Source: an uncultured bacterium
GTDB taxonomy: Bacteria > Krumholzibacteriota > Krumholzibacteriia > Krumholzibacteriales > Krumholzibacteriaceae
Assembly (NCBI GenBank): GCA_964457905.1
Contig: CAYWGA010000002.1
Span: forward strand, 3,475 to 67,474
Direction of reading: 5' to 3'
Length of the DNA stretch: 64,000 bases
Positions 1-10,642 of the stretch are shown piece by piece. The notes beneath the pieces are model-generated. The model was not told the DNA's origin, searched no databases, and saw nothing but the letters and a program-made list of their open reading frames with translations. Each line of letters begins with the position of its first letter. Within the stretch, counting starts at the first letter, position 1. The position numbers and the translations under genes were made by a program.

Positions 1-879
1 ATCGAGAACCCCAACACTGGATCGGGATCGGGAGAACAGATCGCGTTTGTCGACGAGAACGGAACAGTCGCAGGAATAAGGTTTTATGACGACACTGCGG
101 TATCCACATACGCCGGATCGATGGCGATATACAACAACAGGCCTTCAGGCTCTATACTTTTCAGGACCGGCGGCGTGGACAGGATGAAAATACTGGAATC
201 GGGTGTGCTCTCGGTAATAGGGACGGGCGGGAACGCGTCGGTCGGCCTGCCGACCGACGCTGTCTCCGCGCCGGAGATTCTCGATGAACCGGGTACAGCA
301 AGCTCGACATCCAACACCTCCACTCTTATCAGCACTACGGCGACAGTACTTCTCTCGAGGACGATCACCGTCCCGGATGACGGGTATGTCTTCGTCATCG
401 GAACCACGCAGGCCCAGATCGGGCATTCAGTCGGTACCAGCTCGACCCTGAATGTAGGGGTATCCAACAGTGCTTCCGTTCTTCCGGTCAACCAGGATGT
501 CGGCTGGCTGATACCGCCCGGCTCTTCGACAGCTACCTACACCCTGCCGATAACCGTGCAGGGACTTTTCGAGGTTTCGGCCGGCTCCAATTCCTTCTAC
601 CTGCTGGGTTTAAGCGCCACCGCAACCGCTACGATGTACGGCCTGGACAAACAGCTGACGCTCATCTATATCCCGACCAATTACGGCACCGTCATGCCGA
701 CACTGGTCTCTTCCAGTCTGGCGGACAGCGACGTGCCGACGGACAGGGGTATGAGCTCCGGGGATCTCTCGGCAGAAAGAGCGGCATCTGAAGCTGTGAA
801 CAACGACCGCATCGAGCGCGAACTCGCCGCGATGAGGGACCGGATAGCAACTCTTGAAAATGAGCTCGGCAACAAGTAG
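1..879 (+). CDS. Tail-fibre-like repeat surface protein, 5'-partial; paralog of the 874-aa protein at 1889..4513
   Basis: Frame 1 is open from base 1. The translated N-terminal segment (IENPNTGSGSGEQIAFVDENGTVAGIRFYDD...MAIYNNRPSGSILFRTGGVD) is near-identical to residues ~495-560 of the downstream 874-aa protein. The C-terminal ~200 aa are also shared and end in a heptad coiled coil (RIERELAAMRDRIATLENELGNK). Confidence 0.6.
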   Translation: MENPNTGSGSGEQIAFVDENGTVAGIRFYDDTAVSTYAGSMAIYNNRPSGSILFRTGGVDRMKILESGVLSVIGTGGNASVGLPTDAVSAPEILDEPGTASSTSNTSTLISTTATVLLSRTITVPDDGYVFVIGTTQAQIGHSVGTSSTLNVGVSNSASVLPVNQDVGWLIPPGSSTATYTLPITVQGLFEVSAGSNSFYLLGLSATATATMYGLDKQLTLIYIPTNYGTVMPTLVSSSLADSDVPTDRGMSSGDLSAERAASEAVNNDRIERELAAMRDRIATLENELGNK

Positions 880-903
880 AAACAAACTGCGGATTCGAAA
901 TAA

Positions 904-939
904 AGGGGGCGGGGCATCAGGTCCGCCCCCTTTGTGTTT
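904..939 (+). terminator. Rho-independent terminator-like hairpin (GGGGGCGG...CCGCCCCC followed by TTTGTGTTT)
   Basis: 8-bp GC stem with ~10-nt loop followed by a T-rich run, directly after the stop at 879. Confidence 0.45.
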
Positions 940-1064
940 GACCTTGCACGGGAAGTTAGATTGTGAGAATGTACGTTCGAACGGGGTAATATTCTATAAA
1001 ATTTCGGGAAGCCGCCTGACAAGCCGGCATTTTCAATTTCAGAGATCGATCACAGGAGGTCTCG

Positions 1065-1865
1065 ATGAGAGAGATGAGACGGGCACTGCTCGTACTGGTC
1101 CCCCTTATTGTGCTATGTCCGGTCGTCGCGTCGGCACAGTACATGGTGCTGCACGACGTGCAGGGAAGCGCGGGGGGAACAGCGAGCGGGAGTCACATAG
1201 TATTGTTCACTGCGGGCGAAACGCAGATCTTCTACAAGACGGGACCGGACAACACTGTCTTCCCCGGATTCTGGCAGATCGCGGGATTGTCCTCATCGGT
1301 AGAAGTCGCAATCGCGTCATTCTTCGGGGAACTGAGTCACGGAGTGGTCGAACTGACCTGGGTCGCATCCACGACAGGGTCACTCGACGGCTTCAACATC
1401 TACAGGGGTGAAGGTGAAAGCCCCGAACAATTCGAGAGACTAAACGACAAACCGTTCGGCACTTCGGGCACAAACATCTACCACGATGAGACGGCTTTGC
1501 CCGGTAAAACATACACATACCAGGTCGGAGGCTTACAGAGCGACAGGGAGTTCCTCTCCTTCACACTGACCCTCGATGTGCCCGAGATACCTCTGACCCT
1601 CTATCAGAACTATCCGAATCCGTTCAACCCTTCGACTTCGATCTCGTTCTACATACCCGGCCCCGAAAGGGTCCGCCTGGAGATCTTCGACGTTCAGGGA
1701 AGAAGGATCAGGACACTTGCCGACCGCCAGATGGAAGGCGGCAGGCATACGTTCCACTGGAACGGCATGAACGACGCCGGGAGCAATGTCTCTTCCGGGG
1801 TATATCTCTACCGCCTCGTGTGCGGCAAGAAGGTACTGACACGTAAACTCGTGATGATGAGATAG
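1065..1865 (+). CDS. Secreted FN3-like protein with type IX secretion (Por) C-terminal sorting domain
   Basis: N-terminal signal peptide (LLVLVPLIVLCPVVASAQ). C-terminal LYQNYPNPFNPSTSISFYIP...GVYLYRL motif is typical of T9SS CTD (TIGR04183-like). AGGAGG RBS 8 nt upstream. Confidence 0.6.
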   Translation: MREMRRALLVLVPLIVLCPVVASAQYMVLHDVQGSAGGTASGSHIVLFTAGETQIFYKTGPDNTVFPGFWQIAGLSSSVEVAIASFFGELSHGVVELTWVASTTGSLDGFNIYRGEGESPEQFERLNDKPFGTSGTNIYHDETALPGKTYTYQVGGLQSDREFLSFTLTLDVPEIPLTLYQNYPNPFNPSTSISFYIPGPERVRLEIFDVQGRRIRTLADRQMEGGRHTFHWNGMNDAGSNVSSGVYLYRLVCGKKVLTRKLVMMR

Positions 1866-1888
1866 AACGAGACGAAAGGAAGACGGAG

Positions 1889-4513
1889 ATGAAGACAATA
1901 CTGATAATTCTGGCAGTCATCATACTTGCCACTCTCCCCACCTCAGCACAGATCCCGCGGCTGATAAACTACCAGGGCGTACTGACGGACGACATGGGCG
2001 TTGTTGTGGCGGACGACTCGTACAGCATGACATTCAGGCTCTACGACACACCTTCCGGAGGAACACAGCTCTGGGAGGAGACGATCGCTGTCAACGTCAG
2101 CAAGGGAATCTTCAACACGACCCTCGGGCATGATGTTGTCATTACGGAGTTCTTCGACAAACCCCTCTATCTCTCGATCGAGATCGATGGAGGCGGCGAG
2201 CTTTCTCCGAGGAGGATCTTTACTGCGAACGCATACGCGTTCAGCACACGGGCGGTCTATGGAGTCAGCAATGTATTCCCGGCGGAGGGAAATGTCGGGA
2301 TCGGGATCATTAACCCGGCCCCGGAAGCGCCGCTGCACCTGTACACGAACATATCTGACAGCAATCAGCCGTCCCTGCTTATCCAGAACGTCGGCGGTCA
2401 GAGCTCTATCGATTTCAGGATGGCGCTGGTGACCGAGGCAAGGATCAGGAAGTCCGGCGGAGGGGACCTCTTCATTGGAACACTGACCGGGCAGGGCATT
2501 ACGTTCCAGCTGGGCGGTTCATACCTGCACCGCATGCTCCCCGACGGCAGTTTCGGTATAGACAATATCGCTCCGCTGGAGAAACTCGATGTCGGCGGCG
2601 CCATCAGGCTCGGCACCACGGCGAACAGCAACGCCGGAACGCTCAGATGGACCGGGTCGGATTTCGAGGGATATGACGGATCGCTCTGGCAGTCGCTGAC
2701 AAGCGGCGGCGGGAGCAGCTTGCCTACGGGCGGTTCGACAAATACTCTTCGCCACAACGGAGCGGACTGGGTCGCGGCGACAAACCTGTCCAACGACGGA
2801 ACTAACATAGGTATAAACACTGCTTCACCGTCCGTCCCCCTTCATATCGTTCAGCCTTCAGGCCAGGTCGCGCTTCGTGTCGATGGATACAACGCATCCT
2901 ACGCGTCGATCTATGTAAACGCCGCCACGGCTCCCGCCGATCCTGTGTATGGATACCTTAGAGGAAGTACGATCTACGGCTACCACTACCTTGAATCGGA
3001 CTACAGCTGGAACCTCAATCTGAATAGTGGCCTGGCCCTGCATGTGGAGCCGAACGGGTGGACCTCGTTCGGTAACGTCGGGCTTTCCGAATCTCTGAAC
3101 ATCCCCGGAGCACTGAGGCTGGGAAACACGACAGGCAACACTGCCGGCTCGATCCGCTACACCGGCACCGATTTCGAGGGATACGTCGGCGGGATGTGGA
3201 ACTCCCTGACCGCCGGAAGCCTCCCTGCTGGAACTTCCGGCCAGACTCTCCGCTATAGCGGCGGATGGATCGCCGACGGCTCCCTGTACAACAACGGCAG
3301 CTACATCGGTCTCGGAACGACCTCGCCTGATGAGAACCTACATATCTACGAAGACGTCGACGCCTGGATGGGCATCACGATCGAGAACCCGAACACGGGC
3401 TCCGGTTCGGGAGAGCAAATCACATTCATCGACGAGAATGGAACACTCGCGGGAATCCGTCTTTACGACGACCTGTTCGCCGGCGCCTATGCCGGAGCGA
3501 TGGCGATATATAACAACAGGCCTTCCGGCTCCCTCCTGTTCAGGACAGGCGGAGTAAATCAGATGAGGATAACGGATTCGGGGGAGCTCGAGACCTATGG
3601 CACAACGGGTAACAGGTCATTGTACGGCTGGAACAACCCGGTCGGGGGCAACTTCGCAGTCTACAATGAAACAGGCTCCTACACAACGGTCAGCCTCGAG
3701 GGCGACGGCAGCGGTGAAGGCGGATTCATCTGGGTGAGGAGAGATAACACTAACGCCGGATTTACCGTCGACGGCAATCACAATGGAACCAGGGACACAA
3801 AAGTAGGGATCTACGGAGCTCTCAGATCGGCCGAGTTCAACATGAATGAATCGGGAGACGATTCGGTCGACCTGCCCTCAAGCTCGGTATCAGCGTCTGA
3901 GATACTCGACGAGCCAGGGATCGCAAGCGCGACGGAAGGCACGTCAGCCGTGCTCATTCTGGTGACTCCGACTACCATCAACTTTCGTTCGTTTGATGCT
4001 CCGGCGGCCGGATACGCCCTTGTCATCGCCTCAGGGCAGGGACAGATGATTCATACGAACGGAGCCACATCGTATATAAACTTCGGCGTATCCGACGATT
4101 CCGGGTCACTACCCGGCAACCAGGATATAGCGTGGCAGATCGACCAGGCGGGCGCGACGGGAACGTATTCGACACCGGTGACGGTCCATGGCCTGTTTGA
4201 GGTCACGGCCGGCGTGAACACCTTCTATTTCCTTGGTACTAAAGGAGCAGCGAACGGAAACTCGTACTGCTTCGATGTACAGTTCACCGTCATGTTCATC
4301 CCGACATCGTACGGCACCGTAGTTCCGACGCTGGCTGGAGGCATGGACATCCCCGACACTGAAGCGCCTCTCTCCAGCAGGTCCACTGCGGATGTCTCGA
4401 GCGAACGAGCGGCCTCCATAGAGGCGAACAACACCCGTATTGAAGCGGAGCTGTCCAGGATGCAGGCGCAGATCGAAAAGCTCCAGGCCGAGCTGGATAA
4501 TCCAAACCGGTAG
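1889..4513 (+). CDS. Large secreted tail-fibre-like repeat protein (874 aa) with C-terminal coiled coil
   Basis: Signal peptide MKTILIILAVIILATLPTSAQ. Recurring motifs NVGIGIINPAPEAPLHLY / NIGINTASPSVPLHIV / YIGLGTTSPDENLHIY and GTLRWTGSDFEGYDGSLWQSLT / GSIRYTGTDFEGYVGGMWNSLT. C-terminal heptad coiled coil RIEAELSRMQAQIEKLQAELD. Confidence 0.6.
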   Translation: MKTILIILAVIILATLPTSAQIPRLINYQGVLTDDMGVVVADDSYSMTFRLYDTPSGGTQLWEETIAVNVSKGIFNTTLGHDVVITEFFDKPLYLSIEIDGGGELSPRRIFTANAYAFSTRAVYGVSNVFPAEGNVGIGIINPAPEAPLHLYTNISDSNQPSLLIQNVGGQSSIDFRMALVTEARIRKSGGGDLFIGTLTGQGITFQLGGSYLHRMLPDGSFGIDNIAPLEKLDVGGAIRLGTTANSNAGTLRWTGSDFEGYDGSLWQSLTSGGGSSLPTGGSTNTLRHNGADWVAATNLSNDGTNIGINTASPSVPLHIVQPSGQVALRVDGYNASYASIYVNAATAPADPVYGYLRGSTIYGYHYLESDYSWNLNLNSGLALHVEPNGWTSFGNVGLSESLNIPGALRLGNTTGNTAGSIRYTGTDFEGYVGGMWNSLTAGSLPAGTSGQTLRYSGGWIADGSLYNNGSYIGLGTTSPDENLHIYEDVDAWMGITIENPNTGSGSGEQITFIDENGTLAGIRLYDDLFAGAYAGAMAIYNNRPSGSLLFRTGGVNQMRITDSGELETYGTTGNRSLYGWNNPVGGNFAVYNETGSYTTVSLEGDGSGEGGFIWVRRDNTNAGFTVDGNHNGTRDTKVGIYGALRSAEFNMNESGDDSVDLPSSSVSASEILDEPGIASATEGTSAVLILVTPTTINFRSFDAPAAGYALVIASGQGQMIHTNGATSYINFGVSDDSGSLPGNQDIAWQIDQAGATGTYSTPVTVHGLFEVTAGVNTFYFLGTKGAANGNSYCFDVQFTVMFIPTSYGTVVPTLAGGMDIPDTEAPLSSRSTADVSSERAASIEANNTRIEAELSRMQAQIEKLQAELDNPNR

Positions 4514-4547
4514 TCTGCTGGTGAATGAATCCTGGTTTCAATCGCAC

Positions 4548-4584
4548 AAAAAAAGGGCGGGCCGTATGGCCCGCCCTTCTGTCT
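4548..4584. terminator. Bidirectional rho-independent terminator (AAAAAAA-GGGCGGGCC-GTAT-GGCCCGCCC-TTCTGTCT)
   Basis: Perfect 9-bp GC stem with 4-nt loop. A-run on one side and T-rich run on the other. Sits between convergent genes (1889..4513 + and gdhA 4606..5946 -). Confidence 0.6.
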
Positions 4585-4605
4585 GCATAGTACAGAGGAT
4601 CGTTG

Positions 4606-5973
<1,368 letters not shown>

Positions 5974-6214
5974 TCACGCACTTTGCCCCAGAGGGGCACT
6001 TCTTGAACGGTATGACCCCGGCTGCCGGAAGCGACCGGGAAAGGTACGATACTAGGATGGGTAGCCCCTTGTCAACCCCCTTGAAAAATTATTTTTCTAT
6101 ATCTGAATCCGGGGAGTGCATAAAGGTATATCATGTTCACTGACAATAACTTGCGATTGCAATTATTATGGGTGGATATTGGCGTTTGAGGTGTCTGGCG
6201 ACTGGAGCCCCGGA

Positions 6215-6634
6215 TCAGGATGCGACTCTCGGGATAAGTACCTTGCTCAGTCCGTCCCGCAACTCGTCAGAAGTGTATGGTTTGGGAATCACGCCACGGA
6301 AACCGAACTCGCGGTAGTTCTGCAGCACCGTATCGCCGACAAAACCGCTCGAGACGAGAGCGATCACGTCCGGATCGTACTCTACGAGCTTCTCTGCCGC
6401 TTCCCGGCCGCCCATTCCATCGTTCACACTCAGGTCGAGGATGACAGCGTCAAAACGTGAACCGTTCTCCGCAGCCTCAATATAGAGCCGCAGCGCCTCA
6501 TCGCCGTCAGCGGCAGCTACGACATCGTATCCCATGATCTCAAGCATCCTGGATACAACGCTGCGAAGCATCTCTTCGTCATCCATGAACAGGATTCGTT
6601 TGCGTCCCTCAGAAATTTCCCCTGGACCGGTCAT
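6215..6634 (-). CDS. Stand-alone response regulator receiver (CheY-like REC) protein
   Basis: ILFMDDEEMLRSVV...DGDEAL...FDAVILDLSVNDGMGG...VIALVSSGFV has acidic pocket, phospho-Asp and conserved Ser/Lys positions. No output domain. Confidence 0.75.
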   Translation of the reverse strand: MTGPGEISEGRKRILFMDDEEMLRSVVSRMLEIMGYDVVAAADGDEALRLYIEAAENGSRFDAVILDLSVNDGMGGREAAEKLVEYDPDVIALVSSGFVGDTVLQNYREFGFRGVIPKPYTSDELRDGLSKVLIPRVAS

Positions 6635-6758
6635 GCTTATCCCTCCCAGATACCCGGAAAGTCTTGATTGTTCCTGAACCAGTCGTCCGCTTATAACCCC
6701 TACTTATATTATTCCATATATTTCGGTGGATGTCTACCGTCAAATCCGCCGCCGGCCG

Positions 6759-7346
6759 TCAGGAACCCTCCGCGATCTCTTCCATGGTCCGTCCCGACGA
6801 GACCGATGTGTCGAAACTGCCGACGGGGTCGGCAGGGATACCTAACAGCTCGTCTTTTTTCTTTAAAAGGAGCCACCTCGCCTTCTCGCCCTTCCCGGTC
6901 CTGATAAGGGCCCAGGCGCCGCGGAGCCGCTCTCCATCGAGAAGGACCTCGACCTTTCCCTCCTCGAGCGATCTCTCCATATCGGCCCCGTCCCCCTCCT
7001 TCTCCGCCCTGACGTTCCCGTAGGTGCCTCTGTCCCAGATCATTACGGTGCCGCCGCCATACTCTCCCTCAGGGATCGTCCCCTCGAATCCGGCGTAGTC
7101 GTAAGGATGGTCCTCGGTCGGGACGGCAAGCCGCCTGTCGGCAGATACAGTCGACGGGCCCTTTGGAACGGCCCACGACTTGAGCACCCCTCCGACCTCG
7201 ATCCTGAAATCAAAGTGCAGCGTGCTTGCCGCATGTTTCTGGATAACGAAGATCGGACGGCCGCCCGGGCTCTCTCCCCCGCCAGGTTCGTGCGTCAGAT
7301 CGAAATCTCTCTTTTCCCTGTACCTGTCCAGTGGTTCTTCACTCAT
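6759..7346 (-). CDS. DNA ligase D 3'-phosphoesterase (PE) domain protein, stand-alone
   Basis: KRDFDLTHEPGG...PIFVIQKHAASTLHFDFRIEVGGVLKSWAVPKGPS matches LigD N-terminal PE domain signature. Confidence 0.7.
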   Translation of the reverse strand: MSEEPLDRYREKRDFDLTHEPGGGESPGGRPIFVIQKHAASTLHFDFRIEVGGVLKSWAVPKGPSTVSADRRLAVPTEDHPYDYAGFEGTIPEGEYGGGTVMIWDRGTYGNVRAEKEGDGADMERSLEEGKVEVLLDGERLRGAWALIRTGKGEKARWLLLKKKDELLGIPADPVGSFDTSVSSGRTMEEIAEGS

Positions 7347-7403
7347 GCTGCCTCCCTTCGGGAAACATTATAAGATATCTTGAGGACTTTTAACTATTTT
7401 TCG

Positions 7404-7432
7404 TTGACTCACTATAAGCACCCCCTATATAT
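7404..7432 (+). promoter_or_regulatory. Sigma-70-type promoter (TTGACT-N17-ATATAT) upstream of riboswitch/nrdD
   Basis: TTGACT at 7404-7409, 17-nt spacer, A/T hexamer 7427-7432. Lies immediately 5' of the riboswitch aptamer. Confidence 0.4.
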
Positions 7433-7444
7433 TGTGCCTTGCCG

Positions 7445-7625
7445 CCGGTAACCACTCCATATATAGGAGTGCTTACAGGAACCCGGTGAGACTCCGGGAC
7501 TGCCCCGCAGCGGTGAGCAGGAACGAAAGCCGCACGATGGCACTGGCCCCCGCCAGGGAGCCGGGAAGCCGCGGCCGGTAGGCAGGTACCGATACCAGCC
7601 TGCGAGTCCGAAGACCTGCCGGTGG
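7445..7625 (+). promoter_or_regulatory. Cobalamin (B12) riboswitch in the 5' leader of nrdD
   Basis: Contains GGAACCCGGTGAGACTCCGGGACTGCCCCGCAGCGGTGA (the conserved AGGGAA-CGGTGnAAnTCCG-GC-G-CCCGC-AC-GTnA core), the B12-box-like GGCACTGGCC, GGGAAGCC, and the 3' AGTCCGAAGACCTGCC element. About 200 nt of expression platform precede the AAGGA RBS of nrdD. Confidence 0.75.
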
Positions 7626-7827
7626 CCCGCGAAGACAATCGCGGATATATGGGCCGAACCCTTCGAGGGAAGGACCGGCCTGACAGGCAGATTTTATGGC
7701 GCATATGCTTCTCGAATGACACGATGCCTCTCTGCCGCCAGGCGAACTTTTTCTCTCATATCGAAGGAAGCGAACGGGACCCGAGGGCATGGGGCCCCGG
7801 TAGCTTTCTGCGGACGAAAGGACATTC

Positions 7828-9972
7828 ATGCAGACCACCTCTACCAGGGGCAAGACGGATTCTGTCCGCGGCAGCTCGACGGTATCGTTTACTTCGATCC
7901 GTAAAAGAGACGGACGCATCGCCGACTTCGACGCCGACAAGATCACCAGGGCGATCCTCAAGGCGGGACGTGCCTCGGGAGAGTTCACCGAGGATATGGC
8001 GCGCAAGCTGACGATCCGTGTACTCGGCCTCACGCAGGTGATGGCGCAGAGCGAGGTCCCGACGGTCGAGGAGATCCAGGACATTGTCGAGGATGTGCTC
8101 CTTACATCCCCCTTCAAGAGGACGGCAAAGGCCTACATCCTCTACCGCGACCAGCACTCACGGATCAGAGAGATGATAAAGCAGGCCGACGTCGACCTGA
8201 TCGACAACTACCTCGAGAAGCTCGACTGGAAGGTCAAAGAGAACAGCAACATGGCCTACTCCCTTCAGGGCCTCAACAACTACATATCGAGCGAGGTCAG
8301 CAAGACATACTGGCTCAACAAGATCTACACGGCGGAGGTCCGGGAGGCGCATTCGTCCGGCGCGCTCCACATACACGACCTCGGCCTCCTCTCAGTCTAC
8401 TGCGTCGGGTGGGACCTTCACGACCTTCTCCGAAGCGGTTTCCGCGGAGCAGCGGGCAAAGCTGAAAGCTCGCCGGCGAAACACTTCAGCACCGCTCTCG
8501 GACAGATCGTCAATTTCTTCTACACGCTGCAGGGCGAGGCTGCCGGCGCGCAGGCATTCTCTAACTTCGACACCCTGCTGGCGCCGTTCATCAGATATGA
8601 CAAGCTTACATACAAGCAGGTAAAGCAGGCGCTGCAGGCATTCGTCTTCAACGTGAACGTCCCGACGAGGGTCGGCTTCCAGACCCCCTTTACAAATCTC
8701 ACCCTCGACCTCCAGCCTCCATCCGCTCTGGCGAAGGAGCCTGCCATCATCGGCGGCAAGCCTATGAAGGAAACGTACAGTGAATTCGGCAAGGAAATGG
8801 TGACGCTCAACCGCGCATTCCTCGAGGTACTCTCGGAGGGAGACGCCCGCGGCCGGGTCTTCACCTTCCCCATCCCGACCTACAACATATCGTCCGATTT
8901 CGACTGGGACGCTCCGGGCCTCGAGCGGCTCTGGGAAGTAACCGGCAAATACGGGATCCCCTACTTCGCCAACTTCGTGAACTCCGACCTCTCCCCCGAC
9001 GACGCACGGTCGATGTGCTGCAGGCTGCGGCTCGACATCAGGGCGCTCGAGAAGAGAGGCGGCGGCCTTTTCGGCGCCAACCCACTGACCGGTTCGATCG
9101 GCGTGGTGACGATCAACATGCCACGGATCGGGCATCTTTCCGAGACAGAGGAGGAATTCTTCGGCCGCCTCGGCCACCTGATGGAGATCGCTCGTACCAG
9201 TCTCGAGACAAAACGCAAGGTCCTCGAGGGATTCACAGAAAAGAACCTCTATCCCTACACGAAGTACTATCTGCGCAACATGCGCGAGAGGCACGACTGC
9301 TACTGGTTCAATCATTTCTCGACGATCGGACTGGTCGGCCTCAACGAGGCATGCCTCAACTTCCACGGTGTTACTATCGGCGACCCGAAGGGCGCCGAGT
9401 TCGCATGCAGGACCCTCGACTTCATGAGGGAAAAGCTGAGCGTGTTCCAGGAGGAAACGGGTAACTTCTACAACCTCGAGGCGACTCCAGCCGAGGGCAC
9501 CGCCTACCGTCTTGCGAGGATAGACCGCGAGAAGTTCCCCACCATCATGTGCGCCAACGACAAAGGTCCGGATAAAAACATCGAGCCGTTTTACACCAAC
9601 TCGAGCCAGCTTCCCGTCGATTTCACCGACGACATCTTCGAGCTGCTCGACCTGCAGGATGAGATCCAGTCGAAGTACACGGGCGGAACAGTCCTTCACG
9701 TCTTCCTCGGCGAATCCGTGGCTGACCCTGACGCGATAAAGAATTTCGTGCGCAAGGTGTGCAATGACTACAGGCTCCCCTACTTCACTATTTCCCCGAC
9801 CTTCTCAGTGTGCCCCGAACACGGATACATCCGGGGAGAGGTGGCCCGATGCCCCGACTGCGCGAGAGAGACTGAGATATATTCGCGCGTCGTCGGCTAC
9901 CTCAGGCCGGTCGACCAGTGGAACGAGGGGAAACAGGCCGAGTTCGAGATGAGGAAGAGGTATTCGATCTGA
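7828..9972 (+). CDS. nrdD: Anaerobic ribonucleoside-triphosphate reductase (class III RNR)
   Basis: N-terminal ATP-cone. C-terminal Zn-ribbon CPEHGY...CPDC and glycyl-radical motif SRVVGYLRP. Length 714 aa. Confidence 0.9.
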   Translation: MQTTSTRGKTDSVRGSSTVSFTSIRKRDGRIADFDADKITRAILKAGRASGEFTEDMARKLTIRVLGLTQVMAQSEVPTVEEIQDIVEDVLLTSPFKRTAKAYILYRDQHSRIREMIKQADVDLIDNYLEKLDWKVKENSNMAYSLQGLNNYISSEVSKTYWLNKIYTAEVREAHSSGALHIHDLGLLSVYCVGWDLHDLLRSGFRGAAGKAESSPAKHFSTALGQIVNFFYTLQGEAAGAQAFSNFDTLLAPFIRYDKLTYKQVKQALQAFVFNVNVPTRVGFQTPFTNLTLDLQPPSALAKEPAIIGGKPMKETYSEFGKEMVTLNRAFLEVLSEGDARGRVFTFPIPTYNISSDFDWDAPGLERLWEVTGKYGIPYFANFVNSDLSPDDARSMCCRLRLDIRALEKRGGGLFGANPLTGSIGVVTINMPRIGHLSETEEEFFGRLGHLMEIARTSLETKRKVLEGFTEKNLYPYTKYYLRNMRERHDCYWFNHFSTIGLVGLNEACLNFHGVTIGDPKGAEFACRTLDFMREKLSVFQEETGNFYNLEATPAEGTAYRLARIDREKFPTIMCANDKGPDKNIEPFYTNSSQLPVDFTDDIFELLDLQDEIQSKYTGGTVLHVFLGESVADPDAIKNFVRKVCNDYRLPYFTISPTFSVCPEHGYIRGEVARCPDCARETEIYSRVVGYLRPVDQWNEGKQAEFEMRKRYSI

Positions 9973-10604
9973 TGAGGATCGGCGGATTCCAGAAATTCAG
10001 CCTCAGCGATTTTCCGGGTCACCCGGCGGCGATAGTCTTCACACAGGGATGCAACTTCCGCTGCCCATTCTGCCACAACGGCGACCTGATTCCGGAGACG
10101 CCTAACGACGGACTTCTCATCCCCGAGGATTTTGTGCTATCCTACCTCCGTTCCAGAGCGGGAAAGCTGGACGGCCTGGTCGTGACTGGTGGCGAACCGA
10201 CACTGCAGACGGACCTGGCCTCTTTTCTGAGCAAGGTCCGGAAGATCGGGTACAGGATCAAGGTCGACACAAACGGCAGCAGGCCGGATGTGCTCGAGCT
10301 TCTGATATCCGGGGGTCTCGTAGACTTCATATCGATGGACGTAAAGGCCCCTGCCCGGTCGTACGACAGGTTGACAGGCGTGAACGCCCCGATCGATGAG
10401 ATCACCCGGTCGATCGACCTGCTTTCCTGCTGCGGTATAGAGCACGAGTTCAGAACGACGCGCGTGTCCCCGCTCCTCTCCGATGACGAATTGGATGGAG
10501 TGGCCGGGATGATACCGGATGGTTCGACGTTCAGGCTGCAGACCTTCAATCCCTCTCGGGCTTTCGACAGGTCACTGAGGCCAACGGACGAGACGAGTCG
10601 CTGA
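9972..10604 (+). CDS. nrdG: Anaerobic RNR activating protein (radical SAM)
   Basis: CNFRCPFCHN radical-SAM CxxxCxxC cluster. Start ATG overlaps the nrdD stop (TGATG), indicating translational coupling. The longer track ORF from 9918 was trimmed to the NrdG-like N-terminus MRIGGFQKFSLSDFPG. Confidence 0.8.
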   Translation: MRIGGFQKFSLSDFPGHPAAIVFTQGCNFRCPFCHNGDLIPETPNDGLLIPEDFVLSYLRSRAGKLDGLVVTGGEPTLQTDLASFLSKVRKIGYRIKVDTNGSRPDVLELLISGGLVDFISMDVKAPARSYDRLTGVNAPIDEITRSIDLLSCCGIEHEFRTTRVSPLLSDDELDGVAGMIPDGSTFRLQTFNPSRAFDRSLRPTDETSR

Positions 10605-10642
10605 CAAGAGATACAAATCGGAAATTCAAACGGAGACTTGTA

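Noticed and set aside
8392-9699. 435-aa ORF antisense to nrdD
   Set aside because: It lies entirely within a confidently identified gene on the opposite strand. Its composition is biased to Ala/Arg/Gly/Val, typical of GC-rich antisense frames. It has no start context.
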